DNA of 64,000 nt from Marsupella aquatica. Taxonomy: Eukaryota; Plantae; Marchantiophyta. Shown here in pieces: positions 60,307 through 64,000 of this stretch. The notes beneath the pieces were generated by a model. That model saw only the letters and a list, made by a program, of their open reading frames with translations. It was not told where the DNA came from and did no database searches. The translations under genes and the position numbers were made by a program. The stretch lies in the NCBI GenBank assembly GCA_973895155.1, contig OZ316893.1, positions 1,922,860-1,986,859 of the forward strand, in the 5' to 3' direction. How positions within the stretch are numbered: position 1 is the stretch's first letter; the number at the start of each line of letters is the position of its first letter.

Positions 60307-62071
60307 CGACCTTTCTTCGCCCCCAAAATTTCCCAGTTTGACGGCTTGGTAGGAGGAGCAATGTTCCGTTACAAGAAGGGACAAGCTTGATGAAGCCCGG
60401 TCCGAAAGTTAAACCATTAGTAGTCCTTTCGGAAGACCAACCACGAGAAGTCACTCCTCTCCTACCGTCGGACACTGATAGGTTAAGGCGCCTGTTAAGT
60501 TACCCACATTTGCCGACGGGAACGGCTGTGCAGTGTGAGGTGACCTGGCCGAGGGCAAGCCAGTCTGTGCAGACGACGAAGGATCAAGTAAGAAAATGTG
60601 GAGTTCAGATGATGGTGATGGTAGTGATTCGATGAGCCTGTACAAATGTCGCACTACTGAAAGAAAACCGAGCAGTCCAGGCGGAGAATTAAGACCTTTA
60701 GGCACTTGAACGCAACGAGACTTCCAGCAGCTGGCAATAGAGGAGACCCCGATTTGGCTGCTGCAGCTGAGCACGGATGGATAAGGGTATTAGGGGCAAA
60801 GAACGACGAATGCTGGCGCCACTAGGTGACCAATGTGTGATTATTTCTAGCATAGACTGGGCCACCTTTCACCAGCTTCCCAGGCAACACAAAGCACAGC
60901 TCCTCAACTTTGCTATCTGTCGTTTGACACCACTTCTTGAGAGCACGATCGATGCAGATTAGAAGACAATGACGTCGACAACCCAAATTGGATACGCGCG
61001 TTCAACTCGAACTCGAACCATGGGCGGGCTCCGGGCACAACCTCATGTGTATGGTCCGAACCAATACCACCATGCTAGGATTCTTATGTCGTGAAAGAAC
61101 ACAGCCACTTAAACCCATGGACAGAGAGTGTCGACTAGAAGCACTCGTGTTCAGGATTGCAAACCCCTTAGAGAAAGATAGAGCTCGAGAGTCCAAAGCG
61201 GTGCTGGCAGCCTGCCAGATGACGCGGTACACCAGGCCAAACGAGCACACCCTTGGGTTCTTCTTCAACTTGCTTACCCCGGCTTAGCTTGGTGCAAAAT
61301 ATCCTCTTCCTGTACGCCTTAGTCTGTTCTCTATCGACAGCGAGTCCGTATAACTTCAATCGGGGCTTCGACAGTTGAATAGGATTACGGGATCGAGAAT
61401 TCTGTATGCGCCACTTATCTCTTCTTCCTCGACTCTGATTGGGATGGATTCCTGGAGATCCTACTAAGCATACGCGAAGAGTTACTTATGTCAGCCATGG
61501 TTCTCGCCTCATCTATGCTTAAGCCCAAGTTACGGGCCGGCTCCAAATACTGTACTGCCTTCCAACTCCACACCTCCTCTCTCAAATCTGCCCGACAGCC
61601 ATGTTGTGCACCAGAGCTCGCGCTCCTATGATCGTCTCCGCGGTGGTACGAAGTGATCGTTGCCTTTGCTTGCACTCACTTCGCTCTACTTCCCCTTCCT
61701 CCCTTCCTCCTTCCCTCCCTCCCCTCCCCTCCTTCTGCAACTCACGGGCACTCTCACTCCAGCCCTTGCGCTCACTTCTCTACATTCGCTGAACGCAGAA
61801 GAGACTACTATCCTATATCTGTTCTCATCAGTCTCCCTCCCCACCCCCCCTTCTTCCGGAGCCGCACTCTCCCGTGCTATTGTCTGCAAGTGCTCTGGTT
61901 GGCTGCAATCTATGGTATCATTATAGTCCTCTGGGTACGCGCCCGACCCAATCTCCTCCTTCCCCTCAAAACCGAACAGTCTCTGATCAAAACAAAGCGA
62001 GTAACGATTTCCTCGTCTACTGAGAACCCAAGCAGCTCTATCCTTTCTTCAACTCTAGGACAACAACTCCA

Positions 62072-62163
62072 CTTCTAGTACTTCAACCCCCATTACTGCT
62101 TCAAAAGCTGTGCTCCTCTTCTAGTACTTCAACCCCCATTACTGCTTCAAAAGCTGTGCTGCT
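62072..62163. repeat. 46-bp tandem duplication upstream of the ANT-like CDS
   Basis: CTTCTAGTACTTCAACCCCCATTACTGCTTCAAAAGCTGTGCT(C/G)CT twice, one mismatch. Confidence 0.92.
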
Positions 62164-62422
62164 CTCCCTTCTTCACTTACTCACAACCTGCTGCTGCCAT
62201 CATCATGATGAGCCCGCCATGGCCTGGCTTTGACATCGCCACACAACACTCCAAAGCAAAGCGATGCGAAACAACACCGCACCGAAGCTTTTGTGTCCCA
62301 CATGCACAAGCAACGCACGCTCTCAGCAGCATCTCTCGTCCGTCCTCCATCCCCTCTCTCCCCATTCCCCAACCGAACCAAAAAGCTCTCTTCCTTTCCT
62401 CCCCGGGTCTTTCGCGCACTTA

Positions 62423-62467
<45 letters not shown>
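62423..62467 (-). promoter_or_regulatory. (GA)n/(CT)n tract ~2.1 kb upstream of the ANT-like start; candidate BBR/BPC GAGA element or 5' UTR microsatellite
   Basis: ~22 CT units with one interruption are seen directly. The regulatory role is inferred from known BPC binding to GA repeats. Confidence 0.55.
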
Positions 62468-62470
<3 letters not shown>

Positions 62471-64000
62471 GAGCTGCACTGTCTTGTCTCGGACCGCAGG
62501 TCGCCGACTGAAAGATCCTGTCAGAGACCTCCCACCCCATTGGCTGCACGCCTTCCAGTCGATTCGCTGTTTCTCATTAATTTAGTCATTTATCTCTCCC
62601 GCCCGGATATGCGCAACCGGCAGGGTCTACCGCGGTCTACCGGCCTCTCAAGTCTCAAGATTCCGCCCTTCCTTCAGTTCCTTGTGTCTCTGTTTGCCGC
62701 TACGGGACCTCTGGTCAGGTTCCCCAAAAACAGCCCCTCCAATCCTCCATGAGTCCATGGCTCCATAGTCCGCACCAGAACATAAATCTCCACTTCCAAG
62801 AAACAGTTAACAGTAATCCAAAATTATCCAGTTCGCTCATCAATTCGGAATCCACACCGCTCACGGAACTATTTACCGTCGTATTAGTATTATTTTTGTA
62901 TATATATATTAAGTTTTCACATGTCCGCAAAAGTGTTACACTATTGCGGTGGAATTCATTTCTGCATTCCCAAAATGGTCCCAGAAATTATTAAAATACT
63001 GAGTTTTGGAAAGCCTTCTGCATCATTCTCCGGAATGCTCACATAAGTGTTACAGTTTATTGTATTACTTTCTGCATCTAGGGGGGCTGATAGCGCTGTC
63101 CGCAATGCTGTCTGGGCCTGGTGACTCAACTTGATGGCTTTAAAAATTGAAATCATTATTTTTGGGAAACCAAGCCCCAGGCCCGACAGGGAATACCCCT
63201 CAGGTTATAACAAAGGGAAAAACACAGACGGCCCAATCAGCCGAAACAAAAGCTATGGCCCCAAAAAGAGACCGAAGACAAGCCTCCACTACTAACCCAG
63301 CTGCACCTTCTCCAAAGGGAAGTAGAGGACAACCAAAGGGACCAGAACTAGGAGCATATCCAAAGGTGTACTTTATTTTCCTAGTGTATACTTTAAATAT
63401 AGGGGAAGGAGTTTCCATCTGTAGTTTACTGTATATAACAAGAATGATGTATCAAAATGCAGGTCCAATGGTTACTGGGTTATTTACTACCTCGTGACAT
63501 TGGCATTGTTGGATCTAATAGTTAGATCTTGCATAGCTCACAAATGCATCCTGTAGTCAATGCACTATACAGTCACTAAAATATAATTCTAGTAACCAAG
63601 ACACCCACTAAACTTACAATTCAATACTATTCTAGTAACCCATTGGGGGTGCCTGTTTTCCTCAACCTTATGCTCAACCTTACTGAGTTTGGTCAATGTA
63701 GCGATACAGTAGGGCGTCTCACATATGGCCAGGTGCGGGAAATTTGAGCGCCCGGGAGTATCGGCAGCCCAGGCCTCCGGACAGGACTGGTCGGGCACCG
63801 ATTGTGGTGCCCGACCAGTCACGCCCGGAACATTTACAACAGAAACCCCCGCCCGACCGTGATTAGCCCTTCACGCAAAACAGCACAGTGATCGCACAAA
63901 ACAGCACAGGGAGCAGTGTCTCGTCCACTCTGCGGCATCTCCACCCATAACCCGTCTCAGAATTGACTACCCCAAAATTTCTTGGCCCGCATCAACACTG

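Noticed and set aside
60307-60384. N-terminal extension of the ANT-like protein suggested by the ORF track
   Set aside because: It starts at a non-ATG codon. The first ATG (60306) directly precedes the conserved NNWLAFSLS motif.

Overview
Eukaryotic land-plant genomic DNA (spliceosomal introns; plant gene and TE families; a non-seed plant is a weak guess). It holds four intact genes whose exons I traced by hand: a cytosolic alkaline/neutral invertase (14686-17798 +, GC-AG first intron), a plastid BASS5/6-type Na+/metabolite transporter (35798-38951 -), a divergent DAO-family FAD oxidoreductase (40330-44804 +), and a 957-aa ANT/AIL (euANT) AP2 factor (52288-60306 -) with a 9-nt VYL microexon and an unusual 5-copy DARTxSLxSMxxSK(F/Y)-polyQ repeat. 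The main structure is a triple nest at 19.8-33.2 kb. A Ty1/copia element carries a second copy of the same family inserted antisense after codon 4 of gag (TSD ACTCG), and that copy carries a 307-bp TIR element (8-bp TSD). The nest forms a multi-kb inverted repeat containing a 386-bp mismatch-free tract, and both copies have an in-frame TGA at the gag/protease boundary. Also present: a Harbinger remnant, an 885-bp MULE-like element with a 10-bp TSD, an old related solo LTR and several tandem arrays. All alignments and counts were done by eye and no database search was run.
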